Below are positions 36,930 through 49,710 of a stretch of DNA of 64,000 nt, in pieces (position 1 is the first letter of the stretch; every line of letters starts with the position of its first letter). The stretch lies in contig NC_134028.1 of the NCBI RefSeq assembly GCF_964204645.1, forward strand, positions 16,189,653 through 16,253,652, written 5' to 3'. The position numbers and the translations under genes are program-made. This DNA comes from Tubulanus polymorphus (Eukaryota > Animalia > Nemertea). The notes under the pieces are model-generated. The model ran no database searches, was not told the DNA's origin, and worked only from the letters and a program-made list of their open reading frames with translations.

Positions 36930-38300
36930 CATTTCTCCCCTTTCGACAGTTCTGCAATCTCATTGGACAAGTACTGATATTACTTACCTTGACGATAAAT
37001 CTCTGATGCGTCGAGTCCAATCGCGCCCATTCTCGTTCGGACCAACTCAAGAAGCTTTGAAGCAGATATACAACGGGATGATCAACGATCACTATGCAGG
37101 CACAGACAGTGCTAGTTCTCTTAAATTCCGGATCCTCAATCGGTAACTAGGGCCTACCACTCCGTGTTGGATGGACGCCAAATATTATCACGAGTCTGGC
37201 GTAGAAAGTCTGGACATCTCAGCCACTGGTCTAGACGATGACTCTCCTTAAGCTGTAGTCCAAAAGAAATTACGTCAGCTGGTTCCCCTGTGAGGAGATG
37301 TGGTTACAGCAACTCACATCTGAACTGTCACGTATGATTTCTACTCTATTCACTATGAATGTTCGGAAAGCAACATTTCATTATTCATGTAACACAACTG
37401 TATGGTGCTGTCGGTCCGGTCGAAGGTATCTTCTACCTTCAAGTCGATTTCTTGCTGAAGCATATTATCTATCCATACAGCCATAGTCGCTGTGGTCAAA
37501 TGAACCGCATTGGGGTAACATGATGCCACCACTAAAAATAGCACTCGACGTGACATGGTCTGACTCTTAATGACGACTTATGGTTCATACCACTTCGTAG
37601 GCGAAATCATCAGCATTATTGATAGCCGTTTGAGGCAAGGGCATGTTTGCGTAGCTTGGTGATGAGACAGCTCCGAATAAGTGAACAGTCATATGGTAGC
37701 ACCCTGGTTCTTTTGTCACATTGGTCCTCCACAAGAAACGTAGGCAGTCACGATCTTTTGGTGGCGCCCTAACTTGAAAGAACATCCTTTCTATATCAGC
37801 TTGCAGTGGTACTTCACCCTCGTGAAACCGATGCTGTATACAAACAAGAATTTTCTTAAGGTTGGGCCCTTGTATCAACGACACTCCGTTGAACGACTCT
37901 GAGGCATCGAAAACGACATGAACCTTGTGTGGTTTGATCGGGTGACAGACACTGTGATGGGGTAGATACCATACGCGGCCGTTGGTTATTACGCTATCTG
38001 GGGGTACCAGTTCGGCGTAACCTGACTTGATTGCCATCGACATGAAAGTTCGGTAGTGATCACGGAACTGTTCATTTATGCTTAGTTTCCTACGTTAGCC
38101 TTCTAAACGCACAGGGGGTAACTAAAGTTATTCTGCAGTTTAACTAAGTTCAATGCGAAAGGGAAATCAATGGTTGTCTTGGAGCACAATCGAATTACAA
38201 TACTAATGAATCTCTTGTTTTTCTGCGATAACTCTTGCTTCTCATCTTTGATTCGCTTGGGAAAGTCCAGTTCAATCAACCTTTTCAACATCTTACTGAT
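36930..38300 (-). pseudogene. Highly decayed BEL/Pao pol fragment (RT region)
   Basis: VWYLPHHSVCHPIKPHKVHVVFDAS, QGPNL, ADIERMFFQV, DCLRFLW, HLFGAVSSPS in 37585..38043; flanks broken by stops and frameshifts. Confidence 0.85.
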
Positions 38301-38329
38301 TTCCTTGAGTGATTCGCGGGCTTCTCTCC

Positions 38330-39800
38330 TTCTGGCCGTCCATCGGCAGGGGAGCAGGCCGGCGATCCCTCATGGGATTCTCATCAGAAATCCAGCCATC
38401 CACCTCCCGTCACTCTCGCGACTACGGTACTAGATACCAGTAGTAAACAGAGCCAGTGCCCAAGTCTGTGCCGCTCTCGTCTCCGGCTCCGGTTGCCCAT
38501 GCACCGTCTGATATCGTGTCAAGTTGCCCAGCCGGGCCAAGAGCTTGCTCGCCGGTTCGTCGCTCCCTTGGAGCATGTCATAGGACACAGTCCCCATCGC
38601 AGTCTTCTTCGACCTCATCCAGCTCCCCGAGGTCAAGATCCTCAAGTAGGAGCGTCCTCAATGTACTTACAGGAGCTGTCGCAGGAGCTCCTTGTCCCCT
38701 GAGTAGAGTCGGCAAAGGGTCGCCTCAAACCGACCGGCTCTGGAGCCCCTCGCTCCCTGTCTTCCGAGTCAGAGAACTCCAGTCCCAGGGATGTTACCCA
38801 CGCGGATCCTGACCGCAAGGATTTCGACGAATTTTCTTGGAGGCAGGTCCCATCACGCATCCGGGTTCCAGTGAGTCGTCGCATTGGATTCCACCATCCG
38901 AATTGACCACTTCCTGTTCACCATTAACATTTGCCTTCGGGCTCGTTCGCTACCAGTTTCAACTTTTCAGCACCGGCGGATAGTCCGTTCTACACGCTCA
39001 TTCAAAAGGTTTTTATGCAAACATGGCGCCACCATGCCTAAACCTCGTAAGTCTGCGGAACAGGCTGAGTGCATGGCTTCAGATACCGCCTCCAAGGAGG
39101 ATGCTCACGCTCTTGGCGAGTCATCTGTGGTGGCAGCCGAGTTGATGTGTATTGATAAATATGGGTCCAGGACCGACTGACTGGGTTTACCGATCCCCCG
39201 CTGGAGTCGGGCCCCGAGCCGGGAAAGTTTCTCTCTCTGGCTGAGCCACCTATCGACGGTTTATGAACATCCTATGAACCCTGTATGAATAGAATTATCT
39301 ACTTCCTAGGTCAGTGACTCGCTTTTACTGGCTGTCAAGGCTCATATCAACATGATTCTGGCAGCAAGATCCTCGCTGATTAGGGAAATCCAGCCGATGG
39401 GAAGAGATCGTCAAGAACCTCAAAATTACACAGCCAAATTGGAGAAATATGCTCCCTTCACTAGTAAATGAATTGAGATTAAATGATTGTTAAAAAATTG
39501 AACATGTACACTATTACTACAACATGTTTGCAGGTACCGGACGAGTTCTCTCTGGGCTGGAACTCGAGCTGTTTACAGAGCTCAAGGCCTCGGGAGGCTT
39601 ACGGACTGTGACAGACCTGTCCTTTCTCAGCGAGCATCTCGTTTCGGATGACCTCACCAAAACAGGTAGTTCAGACGCTTCTTCCTGGCAATGGGTGGCG
39701 TGGATCCAGACACGTTCAGGTGCAAAATCCACTCCAAGTCGCGTCGCTACCTCCAGGTCATCTAGCACTTGTTTAAAATCACAAAATGGCGAGCCCATAC
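38330..39800 (-). pseudogene. GC-richer decayed coding remnants, possibly DIRS/Ngaro gag and RT fragments
   Basis: RLGVDFAPER resembles the LGVPxAPEK RT motif of tyrosine-recombinase retroelements; nothing else diagnostic. Confidence 0.25.
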
Positions 39801-42800
39801 TTAGTACATCTTCCTAGTCAAAAGATATATTTATTTTGGTTAATTTGCTAAATAAAAATCATGGATATCTAGGCAGCATTTCCAAAGCTAAGTTTTATTT
39901 TTTTCTCAACCTTTTTCGTACTGCTCTTCTGTTCCTCCATATTTTGACAGGTTTGGACCTATTGAATAAAGACTGGTTAGAAAAATAAAATATGTTGTAT
40001 CTACCAATTAAATGAATAAAAGGGGCCAATTTTTGGATGAAAAAATACCCACAAGAAGCAAAATTTTCAATTCAATCATGATAAAGCCCATTTTTGGAAG
40101 GATCATTTGCTAGTTCTTTATATGTGATGAATTGTTGTGTTTAAGTTTGTTATAGCCAGGTTCCACTGTAACTACATGTAGATTTTGATCTAATATGTTC
40201 ATATTTAAATGGATCTCTTACAGTGAACTTGACGTACCAGGTACCATCGCAACTGTACAGCAACAATCAGTATGACCTTATTGTGAAATGTAACTGATAT
40301 ATATTGTCAGATGCACATGAAGGTACGTATGACTAATCATAGGAAAATAGTGTACATGAGTATCATCTTTGAAATTTTGATATATATTTGTGTCTTCCAG
40401 TAGGCCAATATGGATTATGTTTTTCGTGTGCTTCTTCCTGAGACACTCATTATAATATATATGGAGGTTCATGGAATCACTCATGATAAAGCCGAGGAGC
40501 AAATGGTTGAACTTCATAGCAATGAAGATGATTGTTTAAGGTGGCTGCAAGTGGAAATCATTATGTGATGTTTATTGTTTTCTGTAGAGTGTATTCAAAA
40601 TCAGTCATTTACTTCATTCATGGGAATATTTTTAGGTATTGAAAGGGCGCTTACTAAAATTGAAATCAGATTGTTTTTACAAAATAGAATTAGATTTTAT
40701 GCGGTTTCGGATATTTAGATAAGACATGATAATAATCCCTTTGTTATATGGTAACTGTTAATTGGTACCATAAGTGTTATGTTGAAAAATGATAAATGGT
40801 AAGTGTTAAAAGTTTTCTCATTTTTAGCTAAACTTGGACTTAAGTCCCCGTGGGCAATTGCATTCACTTATCATCCACTTGACTGTCCTAAAACTGAGCC
40901 TGTTGGAATCAAGATGACAGTCGCCGCAATCAACGCTTTTTACACATTTTATCCATGAAAATTTTGAAGCAAATCGATCAATTATCTTAAACTATATGTG
41001 CCCCCCTGTACTCATCAGCATTAGAAGAATTGGGTCAATTGGTTACAAGATGGCCATCCTGTAACCTTTCCATGTGCTAAAAGGTTATTTTGGCTTGAAT
41101 GTGCAAGACCTGTAGCTTCCTAATGGTTTGCCATTTTTCGTTGAAATTTGTGATTGGTATTATAAGGGAAGGGATCTTTAACATATCAGACACACATTTT
41201 GATCAGTCAAATATTTTGCAGCTGGTGGCCATCTTAGTGTGATGAATACTCATTCGTAAGTGGAAAAATTTCAACGGGTGTTAAATTTGAGTCTTGATAA
41301 TTGATAATATTAGCACCATCATAGGTTTCATCTCCTCATGTGAAATTGGGATCACCCAGTTCTTTTTCTCACCATCAGGGGCAGTTGTTGAATATATTCA
41401 ATTCGTCCATTTATATTGGTACCTATCCGTTTAAAATTTAGTAACCGCAATCAATTGTAGCTCATGACTTGTTCTATAATTTGGGTGGGGTTCAAGGTCA
41501 TTGGGTTATGTATATTGTCACCAGTGAGCGCTGAATAGCCAAATAACGTAGTATTTTCATATTCGTTGATATCTGGGCTTATTTTGTTACAATAATTGCA
41601 AAATTGTAGCTCATGACAAGTTCTAGTGGTAAATTCCAAAGGTTTCTGTATAAGAGGCATAGAATATAGAAATTGTCTGATTTTTGGGCATTCCATATCA
41701 CTTTCCGAGTAGTCATAGTTTTCCTGGACCCCTTTAAAAATGTACTCTGAAAAAAAGAATATTCTCTATTTTGTTATGTCATTGAAGATTCTCTTCTATG
41801 GTTCTGCCAACGCAACTTCTTCTAATTTTGATTCCATGTGTGAATTTGTATAATTGATTTGCATTTGCAGGTATGAACTTGTATAGAATATTCAAACATT
41901 TTTGTCCATTTTAGGATTATGAGTGTCCATAGATGGAATCAGGTTTCTTTTTAACGTTTTCTTTACACTTTGATGTGTTGTCTTGATGCCTTTCCTAGGG
42001 GCATCGTATAATTTTTTATGGACTTTTGCTTTACTGAAGTCCATTTTTGCTCATGTATGACACGTGCCTCCATTGGTACAAAATAACTTGCGAAAGAAGC
42101 TTAGTTTCTCGTCTGAACTTTCAAAATGTTAAATGTTATAATAATCTCTAACCCTCCTGCACCACCCTCCTGTAAGGTTTGTTAGAACTCTACAGCCGGT
42201 AAGTCTTAATAAATCTTCTTGAAAGTTTGTGTATGAGTTGGAGAAGGTAAGAGTTGATATTGAAAATGGTGATCTATCAACTAGATGATATGTCCAACAT
42301 TACAGCCATGTCTGCCATCTTGAATTTTTCATTGGCACCATACAGCCTGCCAACCTATATTGATTTCCTTGACCCTGGTGTATTAGCAGGTAAGAGGTCT
42401 ACCCCTATTAGAATTGGTGACCACCCAATTGTCTAATATTGCTGCTATATTATCCAATGTATGATTTTCTTCATTTTCATTAATCATTAGCACTGTCACA
42501 TGTTATATACCTGTAGAAATCAGTGACTACTGAGTATACTCTACACCAGGGGAGTTGAAAATTTGAATACATTACTACGTATTAGTCAATTTTTATGAAG
42601 ATCATGTTATGTATTCATAATGATGTTAAATGGCCATTTGTCTACAAGGTATAATATTGATTCCCCTATGTAGATTCAGTTATTTTTGATTTGAGAAATT
42701 TCTATCAACCTCAGGTTCATGTATAGCATACATAGTTTAAAATGACCCTTGTGTAAAAGATTAATTTTGTGCTAAAAATCAGAACACGTAACAACCATTG

Positions 42801-42951
42801 TGAGAATAGATTATTTCTGTTGCATGGCATGTTGTCTCTACTAAGAGTCCTCCATGGTTGTACATCAGTAATTGGGAAAGTAGGCTTTCATACCAGAGGT
42901 CGAGCGGTCGAGACACCACTCATCACCACAAGTAATTTTTTTTCCTAATAA

Positions 42952-44640
42952 ATGGGGGAGAATGAACACCAGCCAGAAAACAATAATGTTAGTAAAAATC
43001 AATATTATTGCCAATATTGTAAAAAATACATCGATAAATCCCAAAAATCACGACATGAAAAAACTGCAAATCATATAAAAAATGTAATAGATTTTGAAAC
43101 TCCAGAAAATTCCAATGAAAGAAAAGAAAGATTAGAAAATATGAATGTGGATGAAATAAAATGTGAAGTTTGTAATGAATTTATAGTAAAAAGGAATTAT
43201 AATAGACATCTCGAATCACAAAAACACCATCAAAATTTGAGTAATAATGTTTTAGGAAAAGATTATTTTGATGATAAACCTCAAAAAGTAAAAAAAAACC
43301 AACTTCAAAAACTAAATCCATTTCAAATAAACCTTACATGGAAAATGTTAGAAATTATATTGATTCACTAGAAATAAAAGATACAATTGAAATTTTAGAA
43401 ATATAACGTAGTAAAATTGGTCCTGCAGCTATTATATTTAGATTTTTTGAAGGAACAACAATAGAAGATTATAGTAAATTTAATGAAATAATAGAAAAAA
43501 TACTAGATTTGATAACAGATGTTGAATATCCAAAAATTAGTATCTCTGGGAAAGTAAGTTTTATTAAGTCAGGAGAAAAAATGAATTATAATATTCAAAC
43601 ACACTCTGAAGAAATAATTTCAAAAACACAAATAAAAGAGAAGTTAGAAAAAATATTTAATGAATTTAAACGTCATATTGAAGAAATATATTTTGAGGGT
43701 TCTGGCTTAACATTGAATGAAATTATATATTTAGATTTAAATGTTTACAATACAAAAAGGAATAAAACATCAAAAAGTAATAAAATGTTTAAAAATGATT
43801 CAAACTTTACAACAGAAAAGGATATTAAAGCATCATCTTATATCAAATTACCATTTACAACAAAAGCAGTAATAAATGTTCAAAATGAAGATAATAAATG
43901 TTTTCTATGGTCAATTATTAGTTGTTTACACCCAACAGAAGATATGACGCATAGTTTTAGAATAACAAATTACCGGAAATATGAAACATTATATAAAATT
44001 GATCAATATCCAGTAACTATAAAAATGATTCCTAAAATAGAAAAAGTTAATAATTTAAAAATAAATGTATTTGAATTAATGCAATTACCAAAGACAAAAG
44101 GTTGAAATATTAAAGATTATACATTGGAAGCTTTATATTTAACAGAATATTATGATGATGAAAATGCTGTAAATTTGTTATATTACAAAAAAGATGAAAA
44201 TGAACATTATATGTGGTTAAAACAAATTGATTTATTCTTTAGAACAGAAAGTGATCACCATAATAAAATTTATCTATGTAGAAAATGTTTATCTAAATTT
44301 ATGACTGAGAATACATAATTAAAACATAAAGAATTATGTGATAATAAAGATTTTTGTAAATTAATAATGCCGAAGTAAAATGTATAGTTACAGAACAAAA
44401 GATCATGAAGCTAAAAAGTTAAAAGGAATAACAAAACATGTGGTTGATAAACATATAGAATTTCAAGATTATATAAAGTGTTTATATAACTCAATTGTAA
44501 TGAAACACAAAATGAATTGTTTAAGATCAGAAGATCACGAGATGTACATTAATGAAGTTGAAAAAACTAGTTTAAATCCATTTGATGATAAAAGACATAT
44601 TTTAGATGATGGTATAAAAACATTACCTTTTGGCCATTAA
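42952..44640 (+). pseudogene. polB: Protein-primed DNA polymerase B remnant: zinc fingers and N-terminal domain fused to the extreme C-terminus; catalytic core deleted
   Basis: ASSYIKLP...INVQNEDNKCFLWSI, LLYY...HYMW, YLCRKCL...HKELC...LIMP, then jumps at ~44372 to (R)SKMYS...KKLKGI...SLNPFDDKR...TLPFGH; frameshifts and stops. Confidence 0.9.
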
Positions 44641-44663
44641 AACATAAAATCAATATCATCATA

Positions 44664-45122
44664 CTAGAAATCACTATTGGCTTCTTCATTTTCATTTAAT
44701 TGTTCTTGTATAATTTGTTTAGGTTCTTCCATTTCATTTTTCTCATTTAAATATAGTTCTATCTTGCGCCACATTTCATCTCGCTCTCTTTGTTTCTTTT
44801 TGTTTGTTAATTCATCAAATGGAATTATAATATCTATGTTTAAATGATTTACAATCTTATTTAAAAAGAATTCATAATTGATTGAATCTGTTATTCTATT
44901 TTCCAAATGATACATTAATATTTGTTTAAATATTTTTTTTATATTTTCCATATCTTCTTCTGTTAATTTAGGTTTTTCATAATAATCGTTAAATAATAAA
45001 TATAAAAACATTTTCTTTTGTTTTGTGTTAAATGTTGACGGAATAATTGTTTTTATAATATCTTTTTTAGTTATTTCACCATTTTTATTTTCTATTATTT
45101 TAATTTTTTCAAGCCATTGCAT
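44664..45122 (-). CDS. Polinton hypothetical protein
   Basis: 152-aa ORF with the element's AT-rich codon usage; start uncertain. Confidence 0.5.
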   Translation of the reverse strand: MQWLEKIKIIENKNGEITKKDIIKTIIPSTFNTKQKKMFLYLLFNDYYEKPKLTEEDMENIKKIFKQILMYHLENRITDSINYEFFLNKIVNHLNIDIIIPFDELTNKKKQRERDEMWRKIELYLNEKNEMEEPKQIIQEQLNENEEANSDF

Positions 45123-45164
45123 ATATTCTGGTGTATGATCTTCTATAGAAAATATTTTTAAAAT

Positions 45165-45482
45165 TTAATCTAGATAATTTAATTTTGGATCTATGAGAAA
45201 ATTTCTGGTTTTTTCTTCACCCCATAAATTCTTTTGCCATCCACAATCAACACAAAATAACACAGTACCTTCTTGTCTTAAGGTCGCGTAATTACATTGT
45301 GGGCATTTTCGTTTATAATTTATTGGTAATAGATCTTCATTAAGCTCTCGGTATTTTCTTACGTTTTCTTTATGTTTTATTGTTCTATTATGTAGATTTG
45401 AATTACTTGTTGTAATAATCAATTTACAATATTTACAATAATATGTTTTTCTTGTTAATTCATTATATTGTTTTTCTAACAT
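45165..45482 (-). CDS. Polinton small zinc-finger/zinc-ribbon protein
   Basis: YYCKYCK...HNRTIKH and CPQC...CVDC motifs. Confidence 0.6.
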   Translation of the reverse strand: MLEKQYNELTRKTYYCKYCKLIITTSNSNLHNRTIKHKENVRKYRELNEDLLPINYKRKCPQCNYATLRQEGTVLFCVDCGWQKNLWGEEKTRNFLIDPKLNYLD

Positions 45483-45566
45483 TTCAACTGTTTCTTTATT
45501 TTCTGGTAACGTTTTCTCATATTTTATTTTTTCTAATATATTATTTTTTCTTTCATTGAATTCAGT

Positions 45567-45966
45567 TTAAAATTTATTAGAAATTTTATCTATATGTGCT
45601 TTACGAAATTGATGATTCTCCCCATCTTCTATATTTTCAGGGCTATATTTTATTCGACAAGGCTCACAGAAATGATCTTTTATATTATCCTTATCATAGA
45701 ATAAGAAAGGTCTTTTCCAAATAATTTCAGGTTCAACTTCAACAGAATTGCTATTACTTTCAGTACTATCAACATTAGCCGTTGCGCCATTAATTTTACA
45801 CTTCTCTGAATGTTTTTTAACATAATTTCTTGAGAATAATTTATTACATTTTGGACACTTTAGTTTAGGGGGTTTATAATTTTCATCATGTTTTTTTCGT
45901 ATGTCGAGCCATATTACTTTTTCTTAGAAGTTCACCACAAATTTCGCATGGTATCTTCTCATCCAT
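45567..45966 (-). pseudogene. Polinton zinc-finger protein, frameshifted (not in ORF track)
   Basis: TAAATG start at 45966: MDEKIPCEICG..., then KCPKCNKLF...HSEKC and FCEPC...H. Confidence 0.55.
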
Positions 45967-46034
45967 TTATTAAGGAAAAATTTTATTAAAATTAATTTTT
46001 AGTGATGAGCGGTAATTTTTTTATGTTATAAATA

Positions 46035-46792
46035 ATGGTAGAATTAAAAGAATACAGAATATTTGTTGATTCTAGAAAACTTACAAATTATAAATCACAT
46101 AATTTAATAGTTCAATTAGATAGAGAATTTAAGAATTGTGTTGATTTAAAATTAGTAAATATAAGTTTATGTAACTCATTTTCCAAAATATCGGATAAAA
46201 GTCTAGAACATTTGATTTTTTCAATCTTTTACAAAAAAGGAATAAATGGTTTTTTATATATTTAAAACCAGGATTATATAATTTAGATACATTAGCACAA
46301 GAAATTAATAGAAAAGCTCGAGCTAAATTAGGAAGTGATTCCGGATTTAGTATTAGAATTTTAAAAAGTGATAGTTCTAATAAAATAAAGATTAGGTTAG
46401 CTAATGACGAACAATTTAAATTTACAGTAAGAAAACCTTTAGGTAAACTGTTAGGAATTAACCCAGATATTGTTACAGCATACGCAGAAGGTAGATCAAA
46501 CTTAATACCTTTTACACATTTTCATATTTATTGCAATTTAATTGATCCAACAAAAACATTTGAAGCAACTAAAGATACAATTTGTAATTCTAGTATATTA
46601 AATATTTTACCATTAAAAAATGTTAAACAATTTGGAACGCAAATAAATTATAATTTAACTGAATGTGATTTTAAACCTTGTATTCCACATTTCAATAATT
46701 TTAAATTAGAAATAAGAAATCATAATGGTTATTTAATTGATTTGAATAACTTTCCTGTAATTTATGAATTAGTTATAAGATGTAAAGAGTAA
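46035..46792 (+). pseudogene. Putative minor capsid (penton) protein, frameshifted near 46255
   Basis: IFVDSR...LDREFKNCVDLKLVNISL start; FHIYCNLI and LEIRNHNGYLIDLNNFPVIYELVI end are typical of Polinton pentons. Confidence 0.7.
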
Positions 46793-46808
46793 TTTTTTCA
46801 CTATATAA

Positions 46809-47171
46809 ATGAATATAACTGTTGGACCGAGTATATGTTTTGGATTTGATTTTAAACGTGAGAAAGAAATGAAATTTAACATTAATGATGTAATTACACA
46901 TATCAAAAATATTGCATTTTCTAATGAAACAACATTTGAGTATGAAACAACAATAGATAAAGAAACTTTAAATGTAGAAAAGATTACTAATTTAATTAGA
47001 GAATCTTTAAGATTTTATGAATTAGATGAAGATTTTATCATAGATGATATTAAAAACATATTAACCGAAATATATGATAATCATAAAAGTAGTAATGAAA
47101 TAAATGTTGAATTAATCATCACTAAGGTAACTAAATATTTTGAAGATAGTAATTTTTTTATTAATAAATGA
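46809..47171 (+). CDS. Polinton acidic hypothetical protein
   Basis: 120-aa ORF starting at the TAAATG cassette. Confidence 0.65.
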   Translation: MNITVGPSICFGFDFKREKEMKFNINDVITHIKNIAFSNETTFEYETTIDKETLNVEKITNLIRESLRFYELDEDFIIDDIKNILTEIYDNHKSSNEINVELIITKVTKYFEDSNFFINK

Positions 47172-47395
47172 GTGATAATGAGTGGATAATAACTGGATTA
47201 TATAATGGCGCATTACTATCAGTTGGAACTGTTGGTTATTCAATGGTATTAAAAAAGTATTCAAAATGGGAAGTGTTAATGTTGATAGATTTGATATAAA
47301 TGATATCTTAAATTAACATTAGCAGTTACTTTATCTAATTTAACTATTGATTATTTAGAAAAACAAAAATATATTCCTCCCATATAAATGCATAA
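47168..47395 (+). pseudogene. Polinton small hydrophobic protein, frameshifted
   Basis: TAAATG start; MSDNEWIITGLYNGALLSVGTVGYSMVLKK...IDYLEKQKYIP. Confidence 0.55.
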
Positions 47396-47411
47396 TTTTT
47401 TTGCTAAATAA

Positions 47412-47837
47412 ATGGCTTCTGCAATTATAACTATTATAGGATCGGCAATTGTTAACGCTTTAGCATTTACTGGTGGCGGTTATTTATTTAAGCATATTGA
47501 TAAAAATAGTTCATTAGGAGAACAAAGAAGACATAATTTAGCATTAGAGAAATATAATAAAGCAGCAGAAGAATACAGAGAAAAACGACAAAACTATATG
47601 GATTATATTAACAAGGAATTATATGATCAGAAGATTTCACATAGAGATTTTCAATCAGCTGATGATGCAATGAGTTTATATAACGCGGTAACAAATAAAG
47701 AAAAATTACATCTATACAAACCTAAATTATCAGATTATTATACCCCAAGTAAAGAACAACAGAAATATGAAATAATTTGGATTTTAGGTGGAACTGTTAT
47801 ATTTGTTATATTTGTAGCATATAAATTAACTAATTAG
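47412..47837 (+). CDS. Polinton putative membrane protein
   Basis: Hydrophobic N-term MASAIITIIGSAIVNALAFTGGGYLF, coiled coil RRHNLALEKY, C-terminal TM segment. Confidence 0.75.
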   Translation: MASAIITIIGSAIVNALAFTGGGYLFKHIDKNSSLGEQRRHNLALEKYNKAAEEYREKRQNYMDYINKELYDQKISHRDFQSADDAMSLYNAVTNKEKLHLYKPKLSDYYTPSKEQQKYEIIWILGGTVIFVIFVAYKLTN

Positions 47838-47856
47838 TAATTTTTTTTCTAAATAA

Positions 47857-48289
47857 ATGGAAGATAAAGTTGATAGTATTGATATTATTCATCATGATAT
47901 AAATAAAACTAAATTAAAAATATATTTAGAAAAACAAATATTAGAATTTGAAAGTGACTTAAAGATAAAAAAGAAAAAATATTTAAAAAGTAAAATTATA
48001 TTATCTTATTATTAGTGGTTCGGTTACAATTAGTTCTGTAATAACATTTCTAGCAATATTCAGTCCATTAACACCTTTAACTATTTCAATTGGTGTATTA
48101 GGATTAAGTTCAAGTGTATTAACCGGTATAAGTTCAAAATTAAATATAAAAAGTAATAAAGAAAAAATTAAAACTAATATAAAAGAAATTAATAAATTGA
48201 AAAATACACTAGATTATATAATAAGTTTAAATGGTCATATAACAGTTGAAGAAAAAGATAAATTATTAAAAGAATTAATAAATTATTAA
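47857..48289 (+). pseudogene. Polinton coiled-coil/TM protein, frameshifted
   Basis: TAAATG start; hydrophobic SVTISSVITFLAIFSPLTPLTISIGVLGLSSSVLTGI after a frameshift near 48010. Confidence 0.55.
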
Positions 48290-48305
48290 TTTTTTAATTA
48301 AATAA

Positions 48306-49694
48306 ATGGTAGATGGTTTTCCAAAAGCTTTCCAATATAATAAATCAATTAAATATTATATTCCAGCAATAGATTTTAATAAAGATATTACATATAGAAA
48401 TGAAGTTTTAGATTCATTAACTAATTTAGAAATTTATGTTACTGAAACTAATAATTTTAATGCAAAGATGGAAAATATATTTCATGTATATTTAATTAAT
48501 TTTAAAAAATTGAAAGATGAAAAACAATGGTTATTAAAATCTAATATGAAGTATTGGCAGAACCAATTAAATTTTGCTGTTTATTGTGCAACAACAGGAT
48601 GTGGAATTAGTTGGAATGATCATTTGAATAATTCTAAATATAAATTAATTCAAAGTTTGTTTAGATTTCATACATACTTTCAAATCAGAATAATATTAAA
48701 TGAATTATAGTGCGCTTTACCAGGATCTAGGTATTTTAAAGAATTAGATAATAATATTAATTTATCAAAGTTTTATAAAATTTGTAATGAATTTAATATA
48801 GATATAAATAATTCTGATTTTAGAACAAAAATTGGAACAATAAGATCACTTCCTTGCCCTAAAAAGATTGCAGAATATTGTGCACTTCCCATACCATCTA
48901 ATAGTTTGTATAATATCTATAGTAATAAATTAGGTTATGGTAAAATAGAAACTAAGGATTTAGAAACATTAAATTTCAATAAATTACCGAAATTTTATGA
49001 TAATTTAAAACAAGAAAACAATAATGGTTGGGTTTATTTCATTCTAGAAAATAATGAAGGTTTTACAAAATCAGGTATACAAAGAATAAATCAATCTATT
49101 AGAACTTATTTGATATGTATTTTAGGTGCGCAAGTTGAAACAAGATCCCCAATAATTGGAAATTTAAATACATCATTTGATACGCAGAAACAATTCAAAG
49201 TATTATTTGAAGATTCTATTCATAATGATAAAAATAGATCGATTCCAGAAAACATTGTAAGATATCAAAATTATTTAGATAAATCATATATTAGACTAAA
49301 TTATTGTATAGGCCCTAATCTATTTATTATTTCTAATGATTTAGTATTAAAGATGGGAAACATAATTGGTTATAATAATCTAATTAAAACTGCAACAATA
49401 AATAATTCATTTGGATTTAATGATATAAATAAAAAGATTTTTACTGCTCCAAAATTAATGGAAGGTGAAAAAAATAAAAAACACATTCAATCAACAGAAA
49501 CTAAAACTAAAAATATTAAATTGCATAATGATTCTAAAATAAAAGATTACAATACATCAGAAAATATAAAAACTGATAATATTCAACATGATATAATTAA
49601 AACTGATAATGATAATAAATTCCATGAAAATACTAAATTAGCTTTAACTTGTACAGGAATTGTTATAGGAGGAATATTATATTTTAAATTTTAA
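48306..49694 (+). pseudogene. Polinton hypothetical protein with C-terminal TM; one in-frame stop at 48708-48710
   Basis: ORFs 48306..48710 and 48906..49694 share a frame; YWQNQLNFAVYCATTGCGIS, FRFHTYFQIR, YLICILGAQVETRS. Confidence 0.7.
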
Positions 49695-49710
49695 TTTTTT
49701 TATTATATAA

